Source of the DNA: a virus
Lineage: Duplodnaviria > Heunggongvirae > Uroviricota > Caudoviricetes
Direction: 5' to 3' (one strand)
Virus record (IMG/VR): IMGVR_UViG_2541047917_000003
Length of the DNA: 45,350 bases
Positions 35,316-44,066 of this stretch are shown here, one piece after another. The notes beneath the pieces are model-generated. The model ran no database searches. It was not told where the DNA came from and saw nothing but the letters and a program-made list of their open reading frames with translations. The position numbers and the translations under genes were made by a program. Each line of letters begins with the position of its first letter. Position 1 is the first letter of the stretch.

Positions 35316-35897
35316 TTACTTGTTTTTGCCATGCTTATCCTGAGCGATAAGTTCATCCATAAGACTGTCTTTCTTCCCAGCAAACCTAATGTAGCACTCA
35401 TTTCTATAGCGTTCCGGGATAACAAAACGGTCGATTTCAGGATATCCAGTAGCAGAAGGTATCCGAATAAGAAGCCCTTTTTCGAGCAATGAGATTGCTT
35501 CAGGGCTTCCCTTTTCTGTCTTTAGCTGGTTATTCGCGGCTACAGCGAATGCCAAATACGCTCTTTCTCCAAGAGTTAACGAATCAAACAAATCTTGCAC
35601 ATATTTTTCTTCTTTAGATTTGCGCTTCTGAGCAGCGGATACCTCAATTCTTTCAGTCACAGCGTGATAAGCGGAATTAACAACACCGTTAAGCACATAG
35701 CTAACGCAGAACAACAGGATGTAATACATCCAATAATGAGGAAGGATTTCTGGATTATGCAGGTTTATCCATTCTTTTACGCTTACCGGCATAACAATAA
35801 TCAATATGATCAGGATGATTAGCATATGAATCAACTGTTTAAGTGTCATTCCTTGCAGGAAAAAATGCATTAGTTCCTGCCACCATGAGTTGTTCAT
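35316..35897 (-). CDS. sieB: Superinfection exclusion protein SieB-like (membrane protein)
   Basis: 193-aa ORF convergent with N; N-terminal TM segments then soluble C-terminal domain; position between N and ral as lambda sieB. Family assignment from memory. Confidence 0.55.
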   Translation of the reverse strand: MNNSWWQELMHFFLQGMTLKQLIHMLIILIILIIVMPVSVKEWINLHNPEILPHYWMYYILLFCVSYVLNGVVNSAYHAVTERIEVSAAQKRKSKEEKYVQDLFDSLTLGERAYLAFAVAANNQLKTEKGSPEAISLLEKGLLIRIPSATGYPEIDRFVIPERYRNECYIRFAGKKDSLMDELIAQDKHGKNK

Positions 35898-36110
35898 CGG
35901 CGTTTCTCTTTTGCTCTCTGTAGGGGTGAATAGAGTTTATCCGATTTCTCGCTGTAGGGGTACACGAGAACCACCGAGCCTGATGTGGTTAAAAGACAGG
36001 CACAATCTTTACTACCGCAATCCACTATTTAAGGTGATACACGGAAGAAGAATTTGAAGAGTTCGAAGAGCATCCTCAGGATGTGATGGAACAATACCAG
36101 GACTATCCGT

Positions 36111-36311
36111 ATGACTACGACTATTGATAAAAATCAATGGTGTGGACAATTCAAGCGATGCAATGGATGCAAGCTGCAATCGGAATGCATGGTTAAGCCT
36201 GAAGAAATGTTTCCTGTAATGGAAGATGGGAAATATGTCGATAAATGGGCAATACGAACGACGGCAATGATTGCCAGAGAACTTGGTAAACAGAACAACA
36301 AAGCTGCCTGA
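36111..36311 (+). CDS. ral: Restriction alleviation protein Ral
   Basis: 66-aa ORF MTTTIDKNQWCGQFKRCNGCKLQSECMVKPEEMF...; size and position as lambda Ral. Confidence 0.7.
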   Translation: MTTTIDKNQWCGQFKRCNGCKLQSECMVKPEEMFPVMEDGKYVDKWAIRTTAMIARELGKQNNKAA

Positions 36312-36493
36312 TAGTGGCCTTTATTTTTGGCATAAATAACAGAATAAACACTGCACTGTGTATTCATTCCAACGAGTGAATACACGGAGCAATGTCGCTC
36401 GTAACTAAACAGGAGCCGACTTGTTCTGATTATTGGAAATCTTCTTTGCCCTCCAGTGTGAGGGCGATTTTTTATCTATGAGGATATGAATAG

Positions 36494-36862
36494 ATGTCAA
36501 ACATCAAAAAATACATCATTGATTACGACTGGAAAGCATCAATAGAAATTGAAATCGATCATGACGTAATGACAGAGGAAAAACTTCACCAGATTAATAA
36601 TTTCTGGTCAGACTCTGAATACCGACTCAATAAACACGGCTCTGTATTAAATGCTGTATTAATCATGCTGGCGCAACATGCTCTGCTTATAGCAATTTCA
36701 AGCGACTTAAATGCATATGGTGTTGTGTGTGAGTTCGACTGGAATGATGGAAATGGTCAGGAAGGATGGCCTCCAATGGATGGTAGCGAAGGAATAAGAA
36801 TTACCGATATCGATACATCAGGAATATTTGATCCAGATGATATGACTATCAAAGCCGCCTGA
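36494..36862 (+). CDS. ea10: Ea10-like protein
   Basis: 122-aa ORF in the lambda ea10 position. Confidence 0.65.
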   Translation: MSNIKKYIIDYDWKASIEIEIDHDVMTEEKLHQINNFWSDSEYRLNKHGSVLNAVLIMLAQHALLIAISSDLNAYGVVCEFDWNDGNGQEGWPPMDGSEGIRITDIDTSGIFDPDDMTIKAA

Positions 36863-36934
36863 GCGCGGCGTTACCGCATACCAATAACGCTTCACTCGAG
36901 GCGTTTTTCGTTATGTATAAATAAGGAGCACACC

Positions 36935-37099
36935 ATGCAATATGCCATTGCAGGGTGGCCTGTTGCTGGCTGCCCTTCCGAATCTTTACTTGAACGAATC
37001 ACCCGTAAATTACGTGACGGATGGAAACGCCTTATCGACATACTTAATCAGCCAGGAGTCCCAAAAAATGGATCAAACACTTATGGCTATCCAGACTAA
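36935..37099 (+). CDS. cIII: CIII (FtsH inhibitor stabilising CII)
   Basis: 54-aa [57 protein letters not shown], matching recalled lambda CIII; below ORF-track cutoff; start 7 nt before ORF 36942. Confidence 0.85.
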   Translation: MQYAIAGWPVAGCPSESLLERITRKLRDGWKRLIDILNQPGVPKNGSNTYGYPD

Positions 37100-37232
37100 A
37101 TTCACTATCGCCACTTTTATTGGCGATGAAAAGATGTTTCGTGAGGCCGTCGACGCTTATAAAAAATGGATATTAATACTGAAACTGAGATCAAGCAAAA
37201 GCATTCACTACCCCCCTTCCCTGTTTTCCTAA
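37068..37232 (+). CDS. kil: Kil (FtsZ-directed cell-division inhibitor)
   Basis: Start [22 protein letters not shown] overlapping the cIII 3' end by 32 nt as in lambda; frame here runs 54 codons, about 7 longer than I recall for lambda Kil. Confidence 0.55.
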   Translation: MDQTLMAIQTKFTIATFIGDEKMFREAVDAYKKWILILKLRSSKSIHYPPSLFS

Positions 37233-37582
37233 TCAGCCCGGCATTTCGCGGACGATATTTTCACAGCTATTTCAGGAGTTCAGCCATGAACGCTTATTAC
37301 ATTCAGGATCGTCTTGAGGCTCAGAGCTGGGCGCGTCACTACCAGCAGATCGCCCGTGAAGAGAAAGAGGCAGAACTGGCAGACGACATGGAAAAAGGCC
37401 TGCCCCAGCACCTGTTTGAATCGCTATGCATCGATCATTTGCAACGCCACGGGGCCAGCAAAAAAGCCATTACCCGTGCGTTTGATGACGATGTTGAGTT
37501 TCAGGAGCGCATGGCAGAACACATCCGGTACATGGTTGAAACCATTGCTCACCACCAGGTTGATATTGATTCAGAGGTATAA
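37166..37582 (+). CDS. gam: Gam (RecBCD inhibitor)
   Basis: 138-aa [36 protein letters not shown]..., lambda Gam-like. Confidence 0.95.
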   Translation: MDINTETEIKQKHSLPPFPVFLISPAFRGRYFHSYFRSSAMNAYYIQDRLEAQSWARHYQQIAREEKEAELADDMEKGLPQHLFESLCIDHLQRHGASKKAITRAFDDDVEFQERMAEHIRYMVETIAHHQVDIDSEV

Positions 37583-37587
37583 AACGG

Positions 37588-38373
37588 ATGAGTACAGCAC
37601 TCGCAACGCTGGCTGGGAAGCTGGCTGAACGTGTCGGCATGGATTCTGTCGACCCACAGGAACTGATCACCACTCTTCGCCAGACGGCATTTAAAGGTGA
37701 TGCCAGCGATGCGCAGTTCATCGCATTGCTGATCGTCGCCAACCAGTACGGCCTTAATCCGTGGACGAAAGAAATTTACGCCTTCCCTGATAAGCAGAAC
37801 GGCATTGTTCCGGTGGTGGGCGTTGATGGCTGGTCCCGCATCATCAATGAAAACCAGCAGTTTGATGGCATGGACTTTGAGCAGGACAATGAATCCTGTA
37901 CATGCCGGATTTACCGCAAGGACCGTAATCATCCGATCTGCGTTACCGAATGGATGGATGAATGCCGCCGCGAACCATTCAAAACCCGCGAAGGCAGAGA
38001 AATCACGGGGCCGTGGCAGTCGCATCCCAAACGGATGTTACGGCATAAAGCCATGATTCAGTGTGCCCGTCTGGCCTTCGGATTTGCTGGTATCTATGAC
38101 AAGGATGAAGCCGAGCGCATTGTCGAAAATACTGCATACACTGCAGAACGTCAGCCGGAACGCGACATCACTCCGGTTAACGATGAAACCATGCAGGAGA
38201 TTAACACTCTGCTGATCGCCCTGGATAAAACATGGGATGACGACTTATTGCCGCTCTGTTCCCAGATATTTCGCCGCGACATTCGCGCATCGTCAGAACT
38301 GACACAGGCCGAAGCAGTGAAAGCTCTTGGATTCCTTAAACAGAAAGCCACTGAGCAGAAGGTGGCAGCATGA
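37588..38373 (+). CDS. bet: Bet (Red-beta single-strand annealing protein)
   Basis: 261-aa [40 protein letters not shown]..., lambda Bet-like. Confidence 0.95.
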   Translation: MSTALATLAGKLAERVGMDSVDPQELITTLRQTAFKGDASDAQFIALLIVANQYGLNPWTKEIYAFPDKQNGIVPVVGVDGWSRIINENQQFDGMDFEQDNESCTCRIYRKDRNHPICVTEWMDECRREPFKTREGREITGPWQSHPKRMLRHKAMIQCARLAFGFAGIYDKDEAERIVENTAYTAERQPERDITPVNDETMQEINTLLIALDKTWDDDLLPLCSQIFRRDIRASSELTQAEAVKALGFLKQKATEQKVAA

Positions 38374-39050
38374 TACCGGACATTATCCTGCAGCGTACCG
38401 GGATCGACGTGAGAGCTGTCGAACAGGGGGATGATGCATGGCACAAATTACGGCTCGGCGTCATCACCGCTTCAGAAGTTCACAACGTGATAGCAAAGCC
38501 CCGCTCAGGAAAGAAGTGGCCTGACATGAAAATGTCCTACTTCCACACCCTGCTTGCCGAGGTTTGCACCGGTGTGGCTCCGGAAGTTAACGCTAAGGCG
38601 CTGGCCTGGGGAAAACAGTACGAGAACGACGCCAGAGCCCTCTTTGAGTTCACTTCCGGCGTGAATGTTACTGAATCCCCGATCATCTATCGCGACGAAA
38701 GTATGCGCACCGCCTGCTCTCCCGATGGTTTATGCAGTGACGGCAACGGCCTTGAACTGAAATGCCCGTTTACCTCCCGGGATTTCATGAAGTTCCGGCT
38801 CGGTGGTTTCGAGGCCATAAAGTCGGCTTACATGGCCCAGGTGCAGTACAGCATGTGGGTGACGCGAAAAGATGCCTGGTACTTTGCCAACTATGACCCA
38901 CGAATGAAGCGTGAAGGCCTGCATTATGTCGTGGTTGAGCGGGATGAAAATTACATGGCGAGTTTTGACGAGATGGTGCCGGAGTTCATCGAAAAAATGG
39001 ACGAGGCACTGGCTGAAATTGGTTTTGTATTTGGGGAGCAATGGCGATGA
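38370..39050 (+). CDS. exo: Exo (lambda exonuclease, Red-alpha)
   Basis: 226-aa [43 protein letters not shown]..., lambda Exo-like. Confidence 0.95.
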   Translation: MIPDIILQRTGIDVRAVEQGDDAWHKLRLGVITASEVHNVIAKPRSGKKWPDMKMSYFHTLLAEVCTGVAPEVNAKALAWGKQYENDARALFEFTSGVNVTESPIIYRDESMRTACSPDGLCSDGNGLELKCPFTSRDFMKFRLGGFEAIKSAYMAQVQYSMWVTRKDAWYFANYDPRMKREGLHYVVVERDENYMASFDEMVPEFIEKMDEALAEIGFVFGEQWR

Positions 39051-39229
39051 AGCATCCTCGCGATAATATCCGGGTAGGCGCGATCACTTTCGTCTACTCC
39101 GTTACAAAGCGAGGCTGGGTATTTCCCGGCCTTTCTGTTACCCGAAATCCCCTGAAAGCACAGCGGCTGGCTGAGGAGATAAATAATAAACGGGGAGCTG
39201 TATGCACAAAGCATCTCCTGTTGAGTTAA
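39041..39229 (+). CDS. exo-xis region small protein (lambda orf60a-like)
   Basis: 62-aa ORF overlapping the exo stop; position of lambda orf60a. Confidence 0.55.
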   Translation: MAMKHPRDNIRVGAITFVYSVTKRGWVFPGLSVTRNPLKAQRLAEEINNKRGAVCTKHLLLS

Positions 39230-39393
39230 GAACGAGCATTGAGATGGCACATAGCCTCGCTCAAATTGGAGTCAGGTTTGTGCCAATACCAGTAGAAACA
39301 GACGAAGAATTTCACACGTTAGCCGCATCCCTTTCACAAAAGCTGGAAATGATGGTGGCGAAAGCAGAAGCAGATGAGAGAGACCAGGTATGA
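39202..39393 (+). CDS. exo-xis region small protein (lambda orf63-like)
   Basis: 63-aa ORF; position and size of lambda orf63. Confidence 0.6.
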   Translation: MHKASPVELRTSIEMAHSLAQIGVRFVPIPVETDEEFHTLAASLSQKLEMMVAKAEADERDQV

Positions 39394-39469
39394 CAACCAC
39401 TGAATGCATTTTTCTGGCAGCGGGCTTCATATTCTGTGTGCTTATGCTTGCCGACATGGGACTTGTTCA

Positions 39470-39685
39470 ATGACACCTCAGCAGGAAAACGCCCTTCGCA
39501 GCATTGCCCGTCAGGCTAATTCTGAAATCAAAAAAGCCAGACAGCAGTTTCCGGATAAAAACGTCGATGACATTTGCCGTAGCGTACTGAAGAAGCACCG
39601 CGAAACGGTAACGCTGATGGGATTCACACCGACTCATTTAAGCCTGGCAATCGGCATGTTAAACGGCGTCTTTAAGGAACGATGA
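39470..39685 (+). CDS. exo-xis region small protein (lambda orf61-like)
   Basis: ORF 39404..39685; likely start MTPQQENALRSIARQANSEIKKARQQF. Confidence 0.55.
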   Translation: MTPQQENALRSIARQANSEIKKARQQFPDKNVDDICRSVLKKHRETVTLMGFTPTHLSLAIGMLNGVFKER

Positions 39686-39783
39686 ACATGAAAAGCAAAA
39701 TCATCAGGGAGCTACAGGCTCCTTTTTTATTATTCGCATTCACCCTCAAGCGTATTAACCAACAATTCAGGGATTAATGGAAG

Positions 39784-40005
39784 ATGGCAGACATCATTGA
39801 TTCAGCATCAGAAATTGAAGAATTACAGCGCAACACAGCAATAAAAATGCGTCGTCTGAACTACCAGACTGTATCTGCCACTCATTGTTGTGAGTGTGGC
39901 GATCCGATAGATGAACGAAGACGCCTGGTCGTTCAGGGTTGTCGGACTTGTGCAAGTTGCCAGGAGGATCTGGAGCTTATCAGTAAACAGAGAGGTTCGA
40001 AGTGA
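39784..40005 (+). CDS. DksA/TraR-type C4 zinc-finger protein (lambda orf73-like)
   Basis: 73-aa ORF with CCECGDPIDERRRLVVQGCRTCASC. Confidence 0.7.
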   Translation: MADIIDSASEIEELQRNTAIKMRRLNYQTVSATHCCECGDPIDERRRLVVQGCRTCASCQEDLELISKQRGSK

Positions 40006-40409
40006 GCGAAATTAACTCTCAGGCACTGCGTGAAGCGGCAGAGAAAGCCGGTGAAGATAAGTGGCAGGCTAAAAAAATAAATGGTGATTTTTTCGTTATT
40101 CGTCACGGTAGTTATACAAGACAGCATGGCTACACATCGTATCAACCCATTGCGGAGATTGATTGTAAGCCAGTCCGGGATTTTGTTGCCAAGGCTAATC
40201 CGGCTACCGTGCTGGAATTACTGGATGAACTGGAAGCAGCAAAAAAGCGCATTGCAGAACTGGAAGCGCGGGAAATACTGCTCCCGGAACGTAGCAGCAT
40301 GCTTCATCGAACAGATTTTCACGATGATTACCAAACGGTAATGGCATACAAAGTTTCTGAAGTCATCGATGCAATCCGCGCTACTGGCATTCGCATCAAA
40401 GGAGAGTGA
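40002..40409 (+). CDS. exo-xis region protein with coiled-coil segment (hypothetical)
   Basis: 135-aa ORF overlapping the preceding stop; LDELEAAKKRIAELEARE heptad-like segment; occupies part of the ea22 slot. Confidence 0.5.
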   Translation: MSEINSQALREAAEKAGEDKWQAKKINGDFFVIRHGSYTRQHGYTSYQPIAEIDCKPVRDFVAKANPATVLELLDELEAAKKRIAELEAREILLPERSSMLHRTDFHDDYQTVMAYKVSEVIDAIRATGIRIKGE

Positions 40410-40410
40410 G

Positions 40411-41166
40411 ATGATTCACTACCACGGTGGGCCTATTACTCCTGATACGTGCGCAATGAGAGCATGGAAAGGGCGACATGCGTTTATCAGTTTTGCGCAT
40501 TCAGGCCAGATCAATCTCGCGGCTGAATACTGTCAGTCGTTCGCGCTGGACAACGGTGCATTCACCGCCTGGAAAGCAGCTGGCAAAAACAAAATCGACT
40601 GGAGCGATTACTACGAGTTTGTTGCTCGCTGGAAGAATCACCCAGGATTCGATTTTGCCATTATCCCGGATATTATTGATGGCGGAGAGGAGGAAAATGA
40701 TGCGCTTCTGAATGAGTGGCCTCACGGAAAACTAGCTGGCGTTCCAGTGTGGCACATGAATGAAAGTGACGCGCGATTTATTCATTTGTGCAATGAGTTT
40801 CCGCGAGTGGCTATCGGTAGTTGTGGCGACTATGACGTAAAGCGCCCAACTCTTGCGGTAGCCAGAATGAAAGACCTGATTCGTCACATTGTTGATGGGC
40901 ATGGTCAGCCGGTTACGAAACTACATGGATTGCGCATGTTAAATCCGCTGATATTCACAAAATTACCCTTAGCCAGCGCAGATAGTACGAACGTCGCTCG
41001 AAACATCGGTATTGATAAAGCCTGGTCTGGGGCTTATGCACCTGCAAGTAAAGAGACACGCGCAGCATTAATGGTAGAACGGATTGAGGCACACAATAGC
41101 CCTGGTTCTCTTGCGTATTGTGAACAACGCGACCGCTTTGAAATGCAATTGCAACTAGCAGTTTAA
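40411..41166 (+). CDS. TGT-fold protein, candidate DpdA-like DNA-guanine transglycosylase
   Basis: ORF 40369..41166; likely start MIHYHGGPITPD (ATG 40411, SD aaaggagag). Motifs FALDNGAF and LASADSTNVARNIG resemble, from memory, the E. coli Tgt catalytic motifs LTDSGGFQ and DMFDCVMPTRNARNG; no CxCxxC zinc site seen. Confidence 0.45.
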   Translation: MIHYHGGPITPDTCAMRAWKGRHAFISFAHSGQINLAAEYCQSFALDNGAFTAWKAAGKNKIDWSDYYEFVARWKNHPGFDFAIIPDIIDGGEEENDALLNEWPHGKLAGVPVWHMNESDARFIHLCNEFPRVAIGSCGDYDVKRPTLAVARMKDLIRHIVDGHGQPVTKLHGLRMLNPLIFTKLPLASADSTNVARNIGIDKAWSGAYAPASKETRAALMVERIEAHNSPGSLAYCEQRDRFEMQLQLAV

Positions 41167-41176
41167 GGACTAACAA

Positions 41177-41974
41177 ATGACCACTATTACCAAAGAACGT
41201 ATTGAATTGTTCATTAAAAATCCGCTTGAAAACGGGCTTACTCGTGGCGAACAAATGGAACTGGCACGAATTGCACTGGCATCACTGGAACGCGAACTGA
41301 TTCGCCACGAGCATGCCAAATGGTCTGACTCCACATTTGGCTGCGTTGGCCCCATTGGTCCACTGAAACACCTCTCAAAAGAGGCTCTGGAAGCCGCAGC
41401 CGAACCAGACGATCTCAGCGAGTGGGCTGATATGCATTTCCTGTTGTGGGATGCACAGCGCCGTGCTGGCATCAGCGATGCTGAAATTACCGCTGCTATG
41501 GAAGATAAATTGAAGATCAACATGGAGCGCCAGTGGCCTGAACCAAAAGATGGTGAGCCTCGCTTGCACATTAAAGAACCCGGCAACTCTCCGGTAATTC
41601 CGGATGGTTTATCCACGGTATGCGCTGAGGCTTATCAGGTTGTAGGAGTTATGGCAGATGCGCTTGGTGTATTCGGTGATGCAGCAGTACAGAAAGTTCT
41701 GGATAACCTGTCACAGCAAAAACTTGTTCACAAAGATGTGCTGCCGTTCTCGCTTCCGGTGACTCCGGATGGTTGGATAAGCTGTAGTGAGCGAATGCCG
41801 AAAGAAACGGGTGACATTATTGTTGTTTCGGATGGCATTGTAATGTCCGGGATTTCTTATTCTCGTCGTGACGGGTTCTATATAGCCGCATTGGAGTACG
41901 ACGACGATGAGCCAATTGGCGGTGTAACCCACTGGATGCCTCTACCAGAACCGCCTCGATTAAAGGAGCTATAA
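41177..41974 (+). CDS. DUF550 (MazG-like nucleotide pyrophosphohydrolase) plus DUF551 protein, YfdR/YfdS-like
   Basis: 265-aa ORF; N-terminal KHLSKEALEAAAEPDDLSEWADMHFLLWDAQRRAGIS resembles MazG/HisE-type helices; C-terminal ...DGWISCSERMPKE...THWMPLPEPP resembles DUF551. From memory. Confidence 0.55.
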   Translation: MTTITKERIELFIKNPLENGLTRGEQMELARIALASLERELIRHEHAKWSDSTFGCVGPIGPLKHLSKEALEAAAEPDDLSEWADMHFLLWDAQRRAGISDAEITAAMEDKLKINMERQWPEPKDGEPRLHIKEPGNSPVIPDGLSTVCAEAYQVVGVMADALGVFGDAAVQKVLDNLSQQKLVHKDVLPFSLPVTPDGWISCSERMPKETGDIIVVSDGIVMSGISYSRRDGFYIAALEYDDDEPIGGVTHWMPLPEPPRLKEL

Positions 41975-42088
41975 TAGTGAACTATTATATCTATTTGTAT
42001 TAAAAGAGTTTTTATAAAATAAATCTCCCAAAGCATGTAAAAACACTGTTAATCTTAACGTGTGTGAAACGTGAAGAGAGGTGTTGAA

Positions 42089-42370
42089 ATGAGCATTCAT
42101 GATTTGTGTGAAGATCAAGAGCAATGGGCTATGCAGACCCTTATGGGATCAGGAGTTCTTGCAAGGTGCAGAATCCATAACGATGTAATTTTAGACAGCG
42201 GAAATGATGCTTCTTCTGCTTATAAATTAGGAACTTACCTATATCAAAAAGATAATAGCTGCAACTTATTCAATACTCTTACTGAAGCCCGCGACGCAAT
42301 AAAGGATGCATATGAATCGTATTGTGGGATCGATGATTGCCCACAATGCTCAAAATACATTGACGATTAA
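42089..42370 (+). CDS. ea8.5: Ea8.5-like protein
   Basis: ORF 42071..42370; likely start MSIHDLCEDQEQWAMQTL (93 aa, SD agagaggtg); C-terminal CPQCSKYIDD zinc-binding tail; lambda ea8.5 position ~295 nt before xis. Confidence 0.6.
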   Translation: MSIHDLCEDQEQWAMQTLMGSGVLARCRIHNDVILDSGNDASSAYKLGTYLYQKDNSCNLFNTLTEARDAIKDAYESYCGIDDCPQCSKYIDD

Positions 42371-42458
42371 TAATATGAACAAGTAACTATCCTCGCACTC
42401 GCGGGGATTTCTTTTATCTGAACTCGCTACGGCGAGTTTTGTTTTATGGCGATGATAA

Positions 42459-42626
42459 ATGCACTTCCGAGTTACAGGTGAATGGAATGGAGAACCATTC
42501 AACAGAGTTATCGAAGCCGAGAACATCAGCGACTGCTATGACCACTGGATGCTGTGGGCGCAGATAGCACATGCAGACGTAACCAATATTCGAATTGAAG
42601 AACTGAAAGAACACCAAGCCGCCTGA
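42459..42626 (+). CDS. Small ORF between ea8.5 and xis (lambda orf55-like)
   Basis: 55-codon ORF MHFRVTGEWNGEPFNRVIEAENISDCYDHWMLWAQIAHADVTNIRIEELKEHQAA ending inside the terminator hairpin; below ORF-track cutoff. Confidence 0.4.
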   Translation: MHFRVTGEWNGEPFNRVIEAENISDCYDHWMLWAQIAHADVTNIRIEELKEHQAA

Positions 42627-42640
42627 TGGCGGTTTTTTCT
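42616..42640 (+). terminator. Intrinsic terminator upstream of xis
   Basis: GCCGCC-TGAT-GGCGG hairpin followed by TTTTTT. Confidence 0.7.
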
Positions 42641-42665
42641 TGCGTGTAATTGCGGAGACTTTGCG

Positions 42666-42884
42666 ATGTACTTGACACTTCAGGAGTGGAACGCTCGCCA
42701 GCGACGCCCAAGAAGCCTTGAAACAGTTCGTCGATGGGTGCGCGAATGCAGGATATTCCCTCCTCCGGTTAAGGATGGAAGAGAATATCTGTTCCACGAA
42801 TCAGCGGTAAAGGTTGACTTAAATCGACCAGTAACAGGTAGCCTTTTGAAGAGGATCAGAAATGGGAAGAAGGCGAAGTCATGA
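42666..42884 (+). CDS. xis: Excisionase Xis
   Basis: 72-aa ORF MYLTLQEWNARQRRPRSLETVRRWVRECRIFPPPVKDGREYLFHESA..., lambda Xis-like; overlaps the int start. Confidence 0.95.
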   Translation: MYLTLQEWNARQRRPRSLETVRRWVRECRIFPPPVKDGREYLFHESAVKVDLNRPVTGSLLKRIRNGKKAKS

Positions 42885-43932
42885 GCGCCGGGATTTACCC
42901 CCTAACCTTTATATAAGAAACAATGGATATTACTGCTACAGGGACCCAAGGACGGGTAAAGAGTTTGGATTAGGCAGAGACAGGCGAATCGCAATCACTG
43001 AAGCTATACAGGCCAACATTGAGTTATTTTCAGGACACAAACACAAGCCTCTGACAGCGAGAATCAACAGTGATAATTCCGTTACGTTACATTCATGGCT
43101 TGATCGCTACGAAAAAATCCTGGCCAGCAGAGGAATCAAGCAGAAGACACTCATAAATTACATGAGCAAAATTAAAGCAATAAGGAGGGGTCTGCCTGAT
43201 GCTCCACTTGAAGACATCACCACAAAAGAAATTGCGGCAATGCTCAATGGATACATAGACGAGGGCAAGGCGGCGTCAGCCAAGTTAATCAGATCAACAC
43301 TGAGCGATGCATTCCGAGAGGCAATAGCTGAAGGCCATATAACAACAAACCCTGTCGCTGCCACTCGCGCAGCAAAATCAGAGGTAAGGAGATCAAGACT
43401 TACGGCTGACGAATACCTGAAAATTTATCAAGCAGCAGAATCATCACCATGTTGGCTCAGACTTGCAATGGAACTGGCTGTTGTTACCGGGCAGCGAGTT
43501 GGTGATTTATGCGAAATGAAGTGGTCTGATATCGTAGATGGATATCTTTATGTCGAGCAAAGCAAAACAGGCGTAAAAATTGCCATCCCAACAACATTGC
43601 ATGTTGATGCTCTCGGGATATCAATGAAGGAAACACTTGATAAATGCAAAAAGATTCTTGGCGGAGAAACCATAATTGCATCTACTCGTCGTGAACCGCT
43701 TTCATCCGGCACAGTATCAAGGTATTTTATGCGCGCACGAAAAGCATCAGGTCTCTCCTTCGAAGGGGATCCGCCAACCTTTCACGAGTTGCGCAGTTTG
43801 TCTGCAAGACTCTATGAGAAGCAGATAAGCGATAAATTTGCTCAACATCTTCTCGGGCATAAGTCGGACACCATGGCATCACAGTATCGTGATGACAGAG
43901 GCAGGGAGTGGGACAAAATTGAAATCAAATAA
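42862..43932 (+). CDS. int: Integrase Int (tyrosine recombinase)
   Basis: 356-aa ORF MGRRRSHERRDLPPNLYIRNNGYYCYRDPRTGKEFGLGRD..., lambda Int-like. Confidence 0.95.
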   Translation: MGRRRSHERRDLPPNLYIRNNGYYCYRDPRTGKEFGLGRDRRIAITEAIQANIELFSGHKHKPLTARINSDNSVTLHSWLDRYEKILASRGIKQKTLINYMSKIKAIRRGLPDAPLEDITTKEIAAMLNGYIDEGKAASAKLIRSTLSDAFREAIAEGHITTNPVAATRAAKSEVRRSRLTADEYLKIYQAAESSPCWLRLAMELAVVTGQRVGDLCEMKWSDIVDGYLYVEQSKTGVKIAIPTTLHVDALGISMKETLDKCKKILGGETIIASTRREPLSSGTVSRYFMRARKASGLSFEGDPPTFHELRSLSARLYEKQISDKFAQHLLGHKSDTMASQYRDDRGREWDKIEIK

Positions 43933-44005
43933 TGATTTTATTTTGACTGATAGTGACCTGTTCGTTGCAACAAATTGATAAGCAATGCTTTTTTATAATG
44001 CCAAC

Positions 44006-44020
44006 TTAGTATAAAAAAGC
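44006..44020. other. attL core (15-bp lambda att common core; B-O-P' junction)
   Basis: + strand ttagtataaaaaagc is the reverse complement of GCTTTTTTATACTAA; flanked on the int side by P'-arm sequence (GTTGGCATTATAAAAAAGCATTGCTTATCAATTTGTTGCAACGAACAGGTCACTATCAGTCAAAATAAAATCATTATT) and on the other side by host sequence. Confidence 0.85.
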
Positions 44021-44066
44021 AGGCTTCAACGGATTCATTTTTCTATTTCATAGCCCGGAGCAACCT

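Noticed and set aside
36942-37067. N-terminal part of the 96-aa ORF 36942..37232 (MPLQGGLLLAALPNLYLNESP...)
   Set aside because: This stretch is an alternative frame of the well-supported cIII gene (36935-37099); only the part from the internal Met at 37068 (kil) is likely coding.
42444-42797. 117-aa - strand ORF across the ea8.5-xis spacer and xis 5' end
   Set aside because: Antisense to xis and to the small + strand ORF plus terminator; no ribosome-binding site; lambda has no leftward gene here.
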